Positions 54,916 through 64,000 of a stretch of DNA of 64,000 nucleotides are shown here, piece after piece. Source of the DNA: a phage; assembly GCA_033580375.1 (NCBI GenBank), contig GCA_033580375.1_4527.1; one strand, given 5' to 3'. A program made the position numbers and the translations under genes. The notes below the pieces were generated by a model. It worked only from the letters and a program-made list of their open reading frames with translations. It did not search any database and was not told the DNA's origin. Positions within the stretch are counted from its first letter, which is position 1; each line of letters begins with the position of its first letter.

Positions 54916-56091
54916 TTAGAAATATTTTTTGTATGAATTGATTACATTTTGGTCTACATCATTATCAATTTGTGCAACAAGATAAGAACTGATTTCAACT
55001 TCCTGAGGAGCTGCTTGAACTAAATCAGAGTTCAGATATTCACGAATCCAAGGATACGGATGTTTGGTCGGAGCATCAGTAATTGGACACGGCAAACCAC
55101 ACTGTTTCATACGAGACACAGTCAAGTAATCAACAAAAGCACACATACTCTGTGTATTGATACCTGGACATGTACCGTCTTTAAAGAGGTGCGCAGCCCA
55201 TTCCTTCTCTTGACTATTTACTTCCATAAAAATGTCAACTGCTTCTTGTTCACATTCTTTAGCAATTTGAACCCACTCATCGCCGTCAGTACCAGATTGA
55301 AGTTGACGGATAATGTACTGAGTACCCTTAAGGTGGAGTTGTTCGTCACGAGCAATGAACTTCATAATCTTTGCATTGCCTTCCATAATTTCCATATTTT
55401 TATGGAAGTTGAAAGTACATGCAAATGATACGTAAAAACGAATAGCTTCTAAGGCGTTGATAACGTGCAAACAGAGATAAAGAGATTTCATTAGCTCACG
55501 CTTGGCGTTAAACATTATTTCTTCGTACATCTCAATATCATTCTGCTGGCATGAGCCTAGTGAATACTCATAATTTTCCTTAGCATTTTCCCAATGGCGA
55601 GTCTTGATTAGAACATCATCATAATATTTACCTATTGATTCAGCTCGTTTCATGATTGCTTCGTCTAATACAATTTCATCAAATACCTTAGATGGATCGG
55701 TATAAAGATTTCGCATAATATGAGTATATGAACGAGAGTGAATAGTTTCACTGAATGTCCATGTTGCAACCCATGTATCTAATGAAGGGTCAGAAATAAG
55801 TGCCATAAGTACCGCAGATGGGGCCCTGCCTTGTATAGAATCTAATAATGATTGATACTTAAGATTGTTTGTAAAGATGTCCTGTTGGAACTGAGGAAGC
55901 TTATTGAACTGCGCAGAGTCCAACATCAAGTTTACCTCTTCTGGGCGCCAAAAAAATGAGAGAGATTTTTCAGTAAGGTCTTCAAAAACTTTATGACGTT
56001 GGATATCGTAACGTGCAATGCCTAAACCAGAACCAAAAAACATCGGTTCATTTAAAACATCAACTTGTTGGGTGTTAAAAACTGTGCTCAT
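54916..56091 (-). CDS. nrdB: Ribonucleotide reductase small (beta) subunit, uninterrupted
   Basis: 391 aa; di-iron/tyrosyl radical R2 family; T4 synteny; no intron. Confidence 0.9.
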   Translation of the reverse strand: MSTVFNTQQVDVLNEPMFFGSGLGIARYDIQRHKVFEDLTEKSLSFFWRPEEVNLMLDSAQFNKLPQFQQDIFTNNLKYQSLLDSIQGRAPSAVLMALISDPSLDTWVATWTFSETIHSRSYTHIMRNLYTDPSKVFDEIVLDEAIMKRAESIGKYYDDVLIKTRHWENAKENYEYSLGSCQQNDIEMYEEIMFNAKRELMKSLYLCLHVINALEAIRFYVSFACTFNFHKNMEIMEGNAKIMKFIARDEQLHLKGTQYIIRQLQSGTDGDEWVQIAKECEQEAVDIFMEVNSQEKEWAAHLFKDGTCPGINTQSMCAFVDYLTVSRMKQCGLPCPITDAPTKHPYPWIREYLNSDLVQAAPQEVEISSYLVAQIDNDVDQNVINSYKKYF

Positions 56092-56729
56092 TTAAAATCC
56101 TTAAATTTACATTTATCATAATGCCATCTTAAAGCATTACCCTTATTAACTTTCTTGCCACAATGTGGACATGGCGGATATTCAGTACCAGATTTAGTCT
56201 TTTCAGATATTAACAATTTTGTTTTATCTGTATGTGGTACACCTCTTGTTGGAGATATTGTACCATACATAGGATTAAGCACACCAAGTTTAGACTTTGA
56301 TATATTTTCACAGTGTTCTTTAGATTTAGGCTTTCTCATCCGTTGGATATGTAAATCTGTAAATTGTCGTCCTTTCAAAGCTTCGCTGATTTTAGCTTTG
56401 GTTTCCTCAGACATTTCACGTCCAGTCATAGCCTCTGATAGAAGTTTCTTGCCTAATTCGTATAGCCTAGAAGAAACGTTATAATTTCTCCCTTTATTGG
56501 TCAAACACATCATACCAAAGGCTTGTTTAAGACCAGGATAAGAATTGAATTTGGTTAATAATCTATGAGCTAAAAAGTGTTCACGACCAGTTAAATCCAC
56601 AAGGTTTTCAACATCATTGGTTCCTCCTAAACATTTAGGAATTATATGATGAGTCTCTTTATATTCGGATAAAGGTTCCCGAGCCTTCGCCCGGGAAATT
56701 AGGTCATTATAGATTTTTTGATAATTCAT
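56088..56729 (-). mobile_element. Free-standing HNH homing endonuclease (at the T4 mobE position between nrdA and nrdB)
   Basis: 213 aa; HNH motif ETHHIIPKCLGGTNDVENLVDLTGREHFLAH; C-terminal CPHCG...C zinc ribbon. Confidence 0.8.
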
Positions 56730-58984
56730 TACAATTTACACGCAGAGCAATCTTCGGCTTTAGGTGTTTCTAATTCATAGTCATCTGTACCTGACCCATC
56801 ACGAGTGTTATGATAGTAGAGGTTTTTTCCGCCAAAGTACCAGAAGTAAAGCAGATCGTCAAGCATTACTGACATTGGCACTTTACCTTTCTCAAATACT
56901 GTCGGGTCATAGTAAGTATTAGCAGAAGCAGATTGGCACACCCATTTCAACATGATAGCAACTTGGGTCAAATAAGGTTTATTACCTTTCTTAGCAAGTT
57001 TCCACGCGTAGTCGTAAAGACTCATGTTATGTTCGATATTAGGAACAACCTGACGGAAGTTGCCTTCTTTAGATTCTTTAATACTTACAGGTCCACGAGG
57101 TGGTTCTATACCGTTTGTGCTATTTGAGACTTGACTGCTTGATTCGCATGGCATGAGAGCACTAAGTGTACTGTTACGAATTCCGTGTTCTTTGAGTTCA
57201 GCTCGAAGTTCTTCCCAGTCACAGACGTAGTTCGGAGCTGCGATTTGGTCAATCTTTTTATTGTACCAGTCGATAGGTAATTCGCCTCTAGACCATTTAG
57301 TGTCTGAATAATACTCACAAGGTCCTTTTTCTTTGGCGAGCTTGATTGAAGCTTTGATAAGGCCATATTGTAATCTCTCGAACAATTCATGAGTCAAATC
57401 GTTAGCGTCTTCATATGAAGCAAAGTTAGAAGCTAACCATGCGGCATAGTTCGTCACACCAACACCGAGATTTCGACGCTTTTTAGCTTTTAAAGCTTCT
57501 GGAACCGGATAATCTTGATAGTCTAACAGGTTATCAAGTGCACGTACTTGTACTTCAGCAAGTTCATTAATTTTATCTTGGTCTTGCCAATCAAATTTAT
57601 CTAATACAAAAGCAGATAACGTGCATAAACCAATTTCAGCATCAGGACCATTCACATCATTAGTTGGAATAGCGATTTCACAACATAAGTTACTCTGACG
57701 AATTGGAGCTTTTTCACGAATAAATGGAGTGTAGTTGTTCGTGTTATCAACAAACTGTGGATAAATTCGAGCAGTACCAGAACGTTCAGTCATGAACAAT
57801 TCAAAGAGTTCTAGTGCTTTGATTCTTTTCTTTCTGATTGTTGGGTCTTTTTCAGCTTTCTCATAAAGCTCACGGAATTTATCTTGATCTTCAAAGAATG
57901 AGTAATATAGTTCGCCTGACATTTCGTGAGGGCTAAATAAAGTAATATAATCATTTTTACCAAGGCGTTCCATCATAAGGTCATTAATCTGAATTCCGTA
58001 GTCCATATGTCGAATACGGTTTTCATCCACGCCTTTGTTATTTTTCAGAACTAATAGGTTCTCTACTTCTAAGTGCCACATTGGATAATACGCTGTAGCA
58101 GCACCACCACGAATACCACCTTGAGAACAAGATTTTACTGCAGTTTGGAAATGTTTCCAGAATGGAATAACACCCGTATGTCGAACTTCACCCATACCGA
58201 TCTTAGAACCTTCTGCACGAAGCATACCAACGTTGATACCGATACCAGCTCGTTTAGAAATATATTCAATAATTGATGCTGAAGTTTTGTTAATAGATTT
58301 TAACGAATCGCCGGCTTCAATAACTACACAACTAGAGAACTGGCGAGTTGGAGTACGAGCACCTGCCATAATTGGGGTAGGCAATGAAACTTGATGAGTA
58401 GAAACAGCATCATAAAAACGAATAATATGTTTCAAACGGTCATGAGTTTCGTCTTGATGTAAGGCCATACCAATAGCCATGATAGCAAACTGTGGAGTTT
58501 CATAAATCTTCCCAGTTGTTTTATCTTTAACCAGGTATTTTTCTTTAAGCTGCATAGCACCAGCATAAGTCAGATCAAAATCTCGTTCATGTTTAATCTG
58601 AGAATCGAGATAAATGATTTCTTCTGCAGAATATCTAGACAACAACTCAGGGTCGTATTTGCCTTCATTAACACAATACGAGATATGGTCGATAAAAGCA
58701 GGAGGTTCAAACTGTCCGTACACATCTTTACGAAGTGCAAACATTAATCCTTTAGCGGCAACATATTGATAATCAGGTTCTTCGACAGAAATCGAGTTGG
58801 CTGCAACTTTAATACAAATCTTCTGAATATCTTTAGTGCTCATCCCGTCAACAAGATGGGTCTTAATTTCTTCGTACAATTCATATGGGTCGATTTGTGT
58901 TCCTTCACATTGCCAAGTTAATACTTGAATAATTTTCTGTGCATCAAAATTTTGGGATACCCCACTGCTCTTAGTTACTTGCAT
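56729..58984 (-). CDS. nrdA: Ribonucleotide reductase large (alpha) subunit
   Basis: 751 aa versus T4 NrdA 754 aa; C-terminal CSACKL-type cysteine pair. Confidence 0.9.
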   Translation of the reverse strand: MQVTKSSGVSQNFDAQKIIQVLTWQCEGTQIDPYELYEEIKTHLVDGMSTKDIQKICIKVAANSISVEEPDYQYVAAKGLMFALRKDVYGQFEPPAFIDHISYCVNEGKYDPELLSRYSAEEIIYLDSQIKHERDFDLTYAGAMQLKEKYLVKDKTTGKIYETPQFAIMAIGMALHQDETHDRLKHIIRFYDAVSTHQVSLPTPIMAGARTPTRQFSSCVVIEAGDSLKSINKTSASIIEYISKRAGIGINVGMLRAEGSKIGMGEVRHTGVIPFWKHFQTAVKSCSQGGIRGGAATAYYPMWHLEVENLLVLKNNKGVDENRIRHMDYGIQINDLMMERLGKNDYITLFSPHEMSGELYYSFFEDQDKFRELYEKAEKDPTIRKKRIKALELFELFMTERSGTARIYPQFVDNTNNYTPFIREKAPIRQSNLCCEIAIPTNDVNGPDAEIGLCTLSAFVLDKFDWQDQDKINELAEVQVRALDNLLDYQDYPVPEALKAKKRRNLGVGVTNYAAWLASNFASYEDANDLTHELFERLQYGLIKASIKLAKEKGPCEYYSDTKWSRGELPIDWYNKKIDQIAAPNYVCDWEELRAELKEHGIRNSTLSALMPCESSSQVSNSTNGIEPPRGPVSIKESKEGNFRQVVPNIEHNMSLYDYAWKLAKKGNKPYLTQVAIMLKWVCQSASANTYYDPTVFEKGKVPMSVMLDDLLYFWYFGGKNLYYHNTRDGSGTDDYELETPKAEDCSACKL

Positions 58985-59018
58985 ATATTCCTCGGTATAG
59001 GTTGATAGACATTACTCC

Positions 59019-59041
59019 AAACGGGATAGTATTTATCCCGT
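59019..59041 (-). terminator. Stem-loop AACGGGA-(9 nt)-TCCCGTT between an upstream small ORF and nrdA
   Basis: 7 bp stem followed on the - strand by the GAGGAA RBS of nrdA. Confidence 0.45.
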
Positions 59042-59071
59042 TAATTTATTATACACTTTTAAACTGAAGCG

Positions 59072-59326
59072 TTAATTATTCTTAGCAATAATTTCTTTGT
59101 ATTCTTTAGGAGTCAAGACCGTGATATCGAAATAAACCAATGGTTCTTTTTCCATACCGAATCCACCACAAAATTCACGATATTCATAAATTCGTTCATG
59201 TGAATAACAAACGAATCGTTCACCTTTAACTGTGATTTCACTATTTGGTGAAGGGATATCCAGTTCACTTGGATTTTTCATTTCAAAAATTGTGGTGCCA
59301 TATGAATTAATAAAACGTAAAATCAT
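59072..59326 (-). CDS. Hypothetical protein (84 aa)
   Basis: ORF between td and nrdA, where T4 has small nrdA.x genes. Confidence 0.5.
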   Translation of the reverse strand: MILRFINSYGTTIFEMKNPSELDIPSPNSEITVKGERFVCYSHERIYEYREFCGGFGMEKEPLVYFDITVLTPKEYKEIIAKNN

Positions 59327-59327
59327 T

Positions 59328-60188
59328 TTATACCGCCATTTTAGCTTTGATAGCTGGATGTGATTCGTAATTTTTAAGAACGAAATCAGAATGTGTCATC
59401 GTTCCAGTAACCCAGTCCATTTGGATTTTTGTAGGCCAATTCTCAAAATTACCAGGCCAATTAATTTCAAGAGAACACAACTCTTTAGGTTCACGACGAA
59501 GAACTTCTTTGCATTGCTCTACGTGGTTGCTGTAGATATGCGTATTGCCGCCTGAGAATACTAAATCACCCGGGATAAGATTACACATCTTAGCCACAAT
59601 ATGCGTCAAGGCAGCGTACGAGGCAATGTTGAACGGCAAGCCCAAGAAAACATCAACACTTCTCTGATACCATTGTAAATCAAGATGTCCATTACGCACA
59701 TTGAACTGATAGAACATGTGGCAAGGAGGAAGAGCCATTTGATTTATTTCAGCTGGATTCCAGGCAGAAACAATTTGACGACGATCAGTTGGTAATTTTT
59801 TAATACGGTCGATTGTTTCAACTAATTGGTCCACACCACCGAAATCACGCCATTGTTTACCATATATAGGACCAAGTTCACCACTATGATAACCAAGGTC
59901 TTTTGCCTGATTTTCGTAATTATCGTCCCAAATAGTTTTACCTTCAATTAGACTACCATGAGTACGAAGTCGTAATTCATTAACATTAGTAGAACCAGAC
60001 ATGAACCATAGTAACTCGGCAATACAAGCTTTCCATGCTAATTTCTTAGTTGTTACTGCAGGGAATCCTTTAGTCAGATCCCAACGTAATTTAGTTCCGA
60101 ATAGGGCAATAGTGCCTGTGCCTGTACGGTCGTCTGTTTCGTAGCCATTTTCAAAAATGTCTTTAATTAAATCTTGGTATTGTTTCAT
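59328..60188 (-). CDS. td: Thymidylate synthase, uninterrupted (no group I intron)
   Basis: 286 aa continuous ORF; sequence MKQYQDLIKDIFENGYETDDRTGTGTIALFG... matches T4 TS across the site where T4 has its intron. Confidence 0.95.
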   Translation of the reverse strand: MKQYQDLIKDIFENGYETDDRTGTGTIALFGTKLRWDLTKGFPAVTTKKLAWKACIAELLWFMSGSTNVNELRLRTHGSLIEGKTIWDDNYENQAKDLGYHSGELGPIYGKQWRDFGGVDQLVETIDRIKKLPTDRRQIVSAWNPAEINQMALPPCHMFYQFNVRNGHLDLQWYQRSVDVFLGLPFNIASYAALTHIVAKMCNLIPGDLVFSGGNTHIYSNHVEQCKEVLRREPKELCSLEINWPGNFENWPTKIQMDWVTGTMTHSDFVLKNYESHPAIKAKMAV

Positions 60189-60233
60189 TTAGTACCTTAT
60201 ATAAATTATAATACATTTTATGAAGCTAAATAA

Positions 60234-60593
60234 TCAATACAGTTTAGCATCAAATTTTCTTTCGATTTCAGGAGTGAAATATAATTCTTTACCACGTTTA
60301 GAAAAGCGACCAATAATATGATAATTATTCTCATCAAATGTGATATTGCCAATATCCGTAGCTTTCAACCAAATATCGATATTTCTATCCAGCTTTATGT
60401 CAAAATTCCAATACGGAGAACTATTACCGAAAATACTACAAGCGGATTCAGTGAAACAACTGCTATAAATCTTGTCTTTAGGAACTACTAATTGATAGAC
60501 GCCTTTAATAAACTGGGGACCCTGCCACTTTGGCTGTTTCTCATCTTTTTCTAATAGAATAGGGTAATAATTAAAGTTCATATTTTCCGCCAC
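60234..60593 (-). CDS. Hypothetical protein (119 aa) between frd and td
   Basis: ORF in operon orientation. Confidence 0.5.
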   Translation of the reverse strand: MAENMNFNYYPILLEKDEKQPKWQGPQFIKGVYQLVVPKDKIYSSCFTESACSIFGNSSPYWNFDIKLDRNIDIWLKATDIGNITFDENNYHIIGRFSKRGKELYFTPEIERKFDAKLY

Positions 60594-60601
60594 GCGTTAT
60601 T

Positions 60602-61431
<830 letters not shown>

Positions 61432-61441
61432 ATTATTTTCC

Positions 61442-61699
61442 TTAAACAGACTTTTTCACAATTTTCCAATCAGCTTTAAACGATTCAACGTCAGAGTGGT
61501 GAATCCAGAATCCTGCACTTTCGCCGTCTTCGTAGAGTGGACATCCGTCACATTCTTCGTTCCAACCCATTTCACGTAAAGCTTCTTCAGCTTGTTCAAG
61601 TAGTTCAGCATCTTTACCAACGACGTTGAAGTACCATTTACCTTTAACTTCAGAATCTTTGATGCTCTGACGTTGTAATCTCATTTTATTCTCCTTCAC
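61442..61699 (-). CDS. Hypothetical protein (85 aa)
   Basis: ORF in operon orientation. Confidence 0.5.
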   Translation of the reverse strand: MKENKMRLQRQSIKDSEVKGKWYFNVVGKDAELLEQAEEALREMGWNEECDGCPLYEDGESAGFWIHHSDVESFKADWKIVKKSV

Positions 61700-61746
61700 T
61701 TTTGATTTGATAGGGCTATGTTATAGTAGCCCTATCTTGTTATAAA

Positions 61747-62139
61747 CTACTTTTTAAAAGTTTTTTGCAAAAGTTTGATGATTTCGTCGACGTTGGTTTC
61801 ATCTACGATACAATGGATTTTTGTTACACCTAAAGTTATACCTTCGTTAGTAGGTTGAGGCTTTACTAAATCTACCTCAGTAAAGTATTTGAACTCGTCA
61901 GGATAAATCTCAAAATAAGTTTCAATTTCACCACCGGCAGAACATACAGTACCATCTTCCATAGTTACACTTACTACGTTTGGCGTATCATTATCATAAT
62001 CAGGTTCCATTCCGTTTACAACAAAACTGGGCCCGTGGAGTTCAATCAATTTTAACATCTTAGCGTTATTATGTGGTGCTTCTTGAACAAAGTCGTCTTT
62101 AAATAAAGGGTTAATGATATAAGATTTTCCGATTTCCAT
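61747..62139 (-). CDS. Hypothetical protein (130 aa)
   Basis: ORF with AGGAA RBS and early promoter. Confidence 0.5.
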   Translation of the reverse strand: MEIGKSYIINPLFKDDFVQEAPHNNAKMLKLIELHGPSFVVNGMEPDYDNDTPNVVSVTMEDGTVCSAGGEIETYFEIYPDEFKYFTEVDLVKPQPTNEGITLGVTKIHCIVDETNVDEIIKLLQKTFKK

Positions 62140-62168
62140 TTTGATTTCCTCATGTTGTTGATAAGTCT

Positions 62169-62197
62169 ATACTAACACATCCAGGGAAGAAGTAAAC
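62169..62197 (-). promoter_or_regulatory. Early-type promoter GTTTAC-N17-TAGTAT for ORF 61747..62139
   Basis: Consensus blocks and conserved CTTATCAACAACATGAGGAA leader. Confidence 0.55.
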
Positions 62198-62228
62198 AAC
62201 TTTTTCGGTAATTTACAGATACTCAAAA

Positions 62229-62246
62229 GGGAGACCGAAGTCTCCC
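62229..62246 (-). terminator. Stem-loop GGGAGAC-TTCG-GTCTCCC followed by TTTTGAG, after gene 32
   Basis: Perfect 7 bp stem directly downstream of the gene 32 stop. Confidence 0.65.
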
Positions 62247-62252
62247 GATTTA

Positions 62253-63155
62253 TTATAGACCAGCTAACAGGTCATCGAGGTCGCCATCATCAGAGGATGA
62301 GGTAGAGCTCATGAAGTCATCTTCAGTTTTTGCAGAACTAAAGGCTTCCATGTCTTTATCAAAATCGTCAAGGTCAGAAGCAACTTTATCTGCAACAGAA
62401 GCTGCTGCGGCTGCTGCACCACCAAGAGCGGCAGTACCAAGAACCTTAGCGAAAGATTCATTTAATTTTTCAAAAGATTTGAACTGGTCTTTAGCCGTCA
62501 AAGTAGTAAGGTCTACCATCTGGTCATACAGTTCTTTCTGGAATGCTTCGTCATTAATACGAGGAATTTCAGATTGACCCAAGAATTTAGATTCGTCATA
62601 GTTGCTAAAACCGGAAACCTGCTTAGCTTTCAGAACGAAGTTAGCACCTTCAAACGGACAAGTAACATCAACTGGAGTTTCACCCATTTCGGTATCAACT
62701 GCAATCATTGCATTGATTTTGTCCCAAATCTTTTTACCGAAACGATATTTAAATACTTTACCTTCGTTATCTGGAGCTTGAGGGTCTTTAACAACCAGAA
62801 TATTAGCCCAATAAGAAGTTTTACGTTTCAGTTGAGAATATTCAGTTTTGTTGGTATTGTACAGGTCATTTTTACTAATGTACTGACATACAGGACAAGA
62901 GTCGTAATCACCGTGTGTAGAAGAGCAATTTTCAATATACCATTTACCATTTTTCTTGAAACCGTGGTTAACAAGAATTGCAAATGGTAGTGCATCATCA
63001 GTTTTTGCTGGCAAGAAACGAATTACCGCTTGACCATTACCTGATGCATCTAGCTTCAGCTTCCATTCGCCTTTATCTTCTGAAGAGAAACCTTTGTTAC
63101 CGTTCAGTTTAGCCATTTGAGCAGCGAGGTCAGCAGTAGATTTACGTTTAAACAT
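62253..63155 (-). CDS. 32: Single-stranded DNA-binding protein gp32
   Basis: 300 aa; sequence [36 protein letters not shown]... matches T4 gp32. Confidence 0.97.
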   Translation of the reverse strand: MFKRKSTADLAAQMAKLNGNKGFSSEDKGEWKLKLDASGNGQAVIRFLPAKTDDALPFAILVNHGFKKNGKWYIENCSSTHGDYDSCPVCQYISKNDLYNTNKTEYSQLKRKTSYWANILVVKDPQAPDNEGKVFKYRFGKKIWDKINAMIAVDTEMGETPVDVTCPFEGANFVLKAKQVSGFSNYDESKFLGQSEIPRINDEAFQKELYDQMVDLTTLTAKDQFKSFEKLNESFAKVLGTAALGGAAAAAASVADKVASDLDDFDKDMEAFSSAKTEDDFMSSTSSSDDGDLDDLLAGL

Positions 63156-63240
63156 TATATTTACCTTTATTTAGATTATTTAATTTATTTAATTTATTTA
63201 CAGTTGGTTGCTACGACACTTATACCTCGTAGCTGGTATG
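63156..63240 (-). promoter_or_regulatory. Gene 32 translational operator: A/U-rich repeats plus upstream stem-loop (pseudoknot region)
   Basis: mRNA leader reads GCUACGA-GGUAUAAGUG-UCGUAGC...CUGUAAAUAAAUUAAAUAAAUUAAAUAAUCUAAAUAAAGG before the AUG. Confidence 0.7.
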
Positions 63241-63243
63241 ATT

Positions 63244-63251
63244 TATTTATA
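63244..63251 (-). promoter_or_regulatory. Late promoter TATAAATA (- strand) for gene 32
   Basis: Reverse complement of TATTTATA upstream of the operator. Confidence 0.55.
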
Positions 63252-63280
63252 AAGTAATTTTAACACACAAGAAATAAAGC

Positions 63281-63934
63281 TTAATACTTACATGATTTGA
63301 TTGTTTCTATGAACAATTTCTTAGCAGCATTTCCATCGATTTGAAGTATTTTTCGATATGCCTTTAATTTGGTAGAATAATTTTGCCAGACTAAATTGTC
63401 GGTAAGTTCGTCATGCTTATCTATAATATTCAAGAATGAATCCAACAACAAGAAGGTTTCAAATGAAATTATATTGCTTTGTAGCAATTTAAATATGTAG
63501 CTCGACTGAACTTTATTATTATAATCAAATATCTCTTGAAGCGCACTAACTTCCACCTTCTTACTGAAATAGTAGATGTTACGTACATCTTCAGCAAACG
63601 TCTCCTTGGCCTGTTTGAGACGTCCAATATATTCCCTATAGAAAACTAATGCATCAGCGTCTGAGATCTCACCAATCCATGCATCTTGGTTAGCAACTAA
63701 GTTACTGATGAATATCAAAGTGAGTTCCTTTAACTTATATTTCTCTGATAGTTTCTCAAAGAAATATTTATCTCGGCGTTTTTGATACGCATTATCCGAA
63801 ACACGCATGCACCAGTTATATTTGATTACGTCATACCGACCATTAAAATGTTGTTTGCACATCAAGTATAGTTTGTATACCGATTTTCCATTAATATAAC
63901 GTTCTCCATCAGGAGGCATGCGTATTTTAATCAT
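63281..63934 (-). CDS. 59: Helicase loader gp59
   Basis: 217 aa; sequence MIKIRMPPDGERYINGKSVYKLYLMCKQHFNGRYDVIKYNWCMRVSD... matches T4 gp59. Confidence 0.95.
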   Translation of the reverse strand: MIKIRMPPDGERYINGKSVYKLYLMCKQHFNGRYDVIKYNWCMRVSDNAYQKRRDKYFFEKLSEKYKLKELTLIFISNLVANQDAWIGEISDADALVFYREYIGRLKQAKETFAEDVRNIYYFSKKVEVSALQEIFDYNNKVQSSYIFKLLQSNIISFETFLLLDSFLNIIDKHDELTDNLVWQNYSTKLKAYRKILQIDGNAAKKLFIETIKSCKY

Positions 63935-63999
63935 AATAAGAAATCTAACGTATTAGTTTTTTCACCACGAGCAACTGATGGGCGAAGCATGTTTTCGTC
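63931..63999 (-). CDS. 3' end of an upstream gene, possibly gene 33 (late transcription factor) by synteny; start lies beyond the window
   Basis: Open frame from the window edge ending in a TGA that overlaps the gene 59 ATG (ATGA); only 22 codons visible. Confidence 0.35.
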   Translation of the reverse strand, partial: DENMLRPSVARGEKTNTLDFLL

Positions 64000-64000
64000 A

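Noticed and set aside
59328-60188. Looked for group I introns and intron-encoded endonucleases in td and nrdB
   Set aside because: Both genes are continuous full-length ORFs collinear with the T4 proteins, so no intron is present in this window.

Overview
The window is a contiguous ~64 kb segment of a T-even (T4-like) myovirus genome, with protein sequences and gene order closely matching phage T4; it is not a cellular chromosome. All calls rest on motif recognition, recalled T4 protein sequences and synteny, since no database search could be run. Positions 2-22635 (+ strand) hold the late structural block: baseplate wedge 7-11, short tail fibre 12, fibritin wac, neck 13/14, 15, terminase 16/17, sheath 18, tube 19, portal 20, prohead core 67/68, protease 21, scaffold 22 and major capsid 23. 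Then follow a GIY-YIG homing endonuclease, 24, rnlB, hoc, inh, uvsW/uvsW.1, uvsY, and baseplate hub genes 25/26 (- strand) and 51/27/28/29/48/54 (+ strand). Positions 38961-64000 (- strand) hold the early/middle block: alt, DNA ligase 30, a 30.x small-gene cluster, rIII, 31, cd, pseT, spanins, alc, rnlA, denA, nrdB, an HNH endonuclease, nrdA, td, frd, 32 and 59. Regulatory signals are readable directly: TATAAATA late promoters, MotA-box middle promoters, a repeated early-promoter/5'UTR cassette, a family of GGGAGAC-YYCG-GTCTCCC hairpins and the gene 32 translational operator. I did not find a clear multi-gene novel system. The strongest non-T4 content is a phage-encoded DAHP synthase (AroG-like) fused into the cd operon. 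Other candidates are a NADAR/YbiA-like protein near alt, two unannotated small ORFs, a ~370 bp non-coding gap downstream of rIII, an enlarged Hoc and intron-less td/nrdB with free-standing homing endonucleases.
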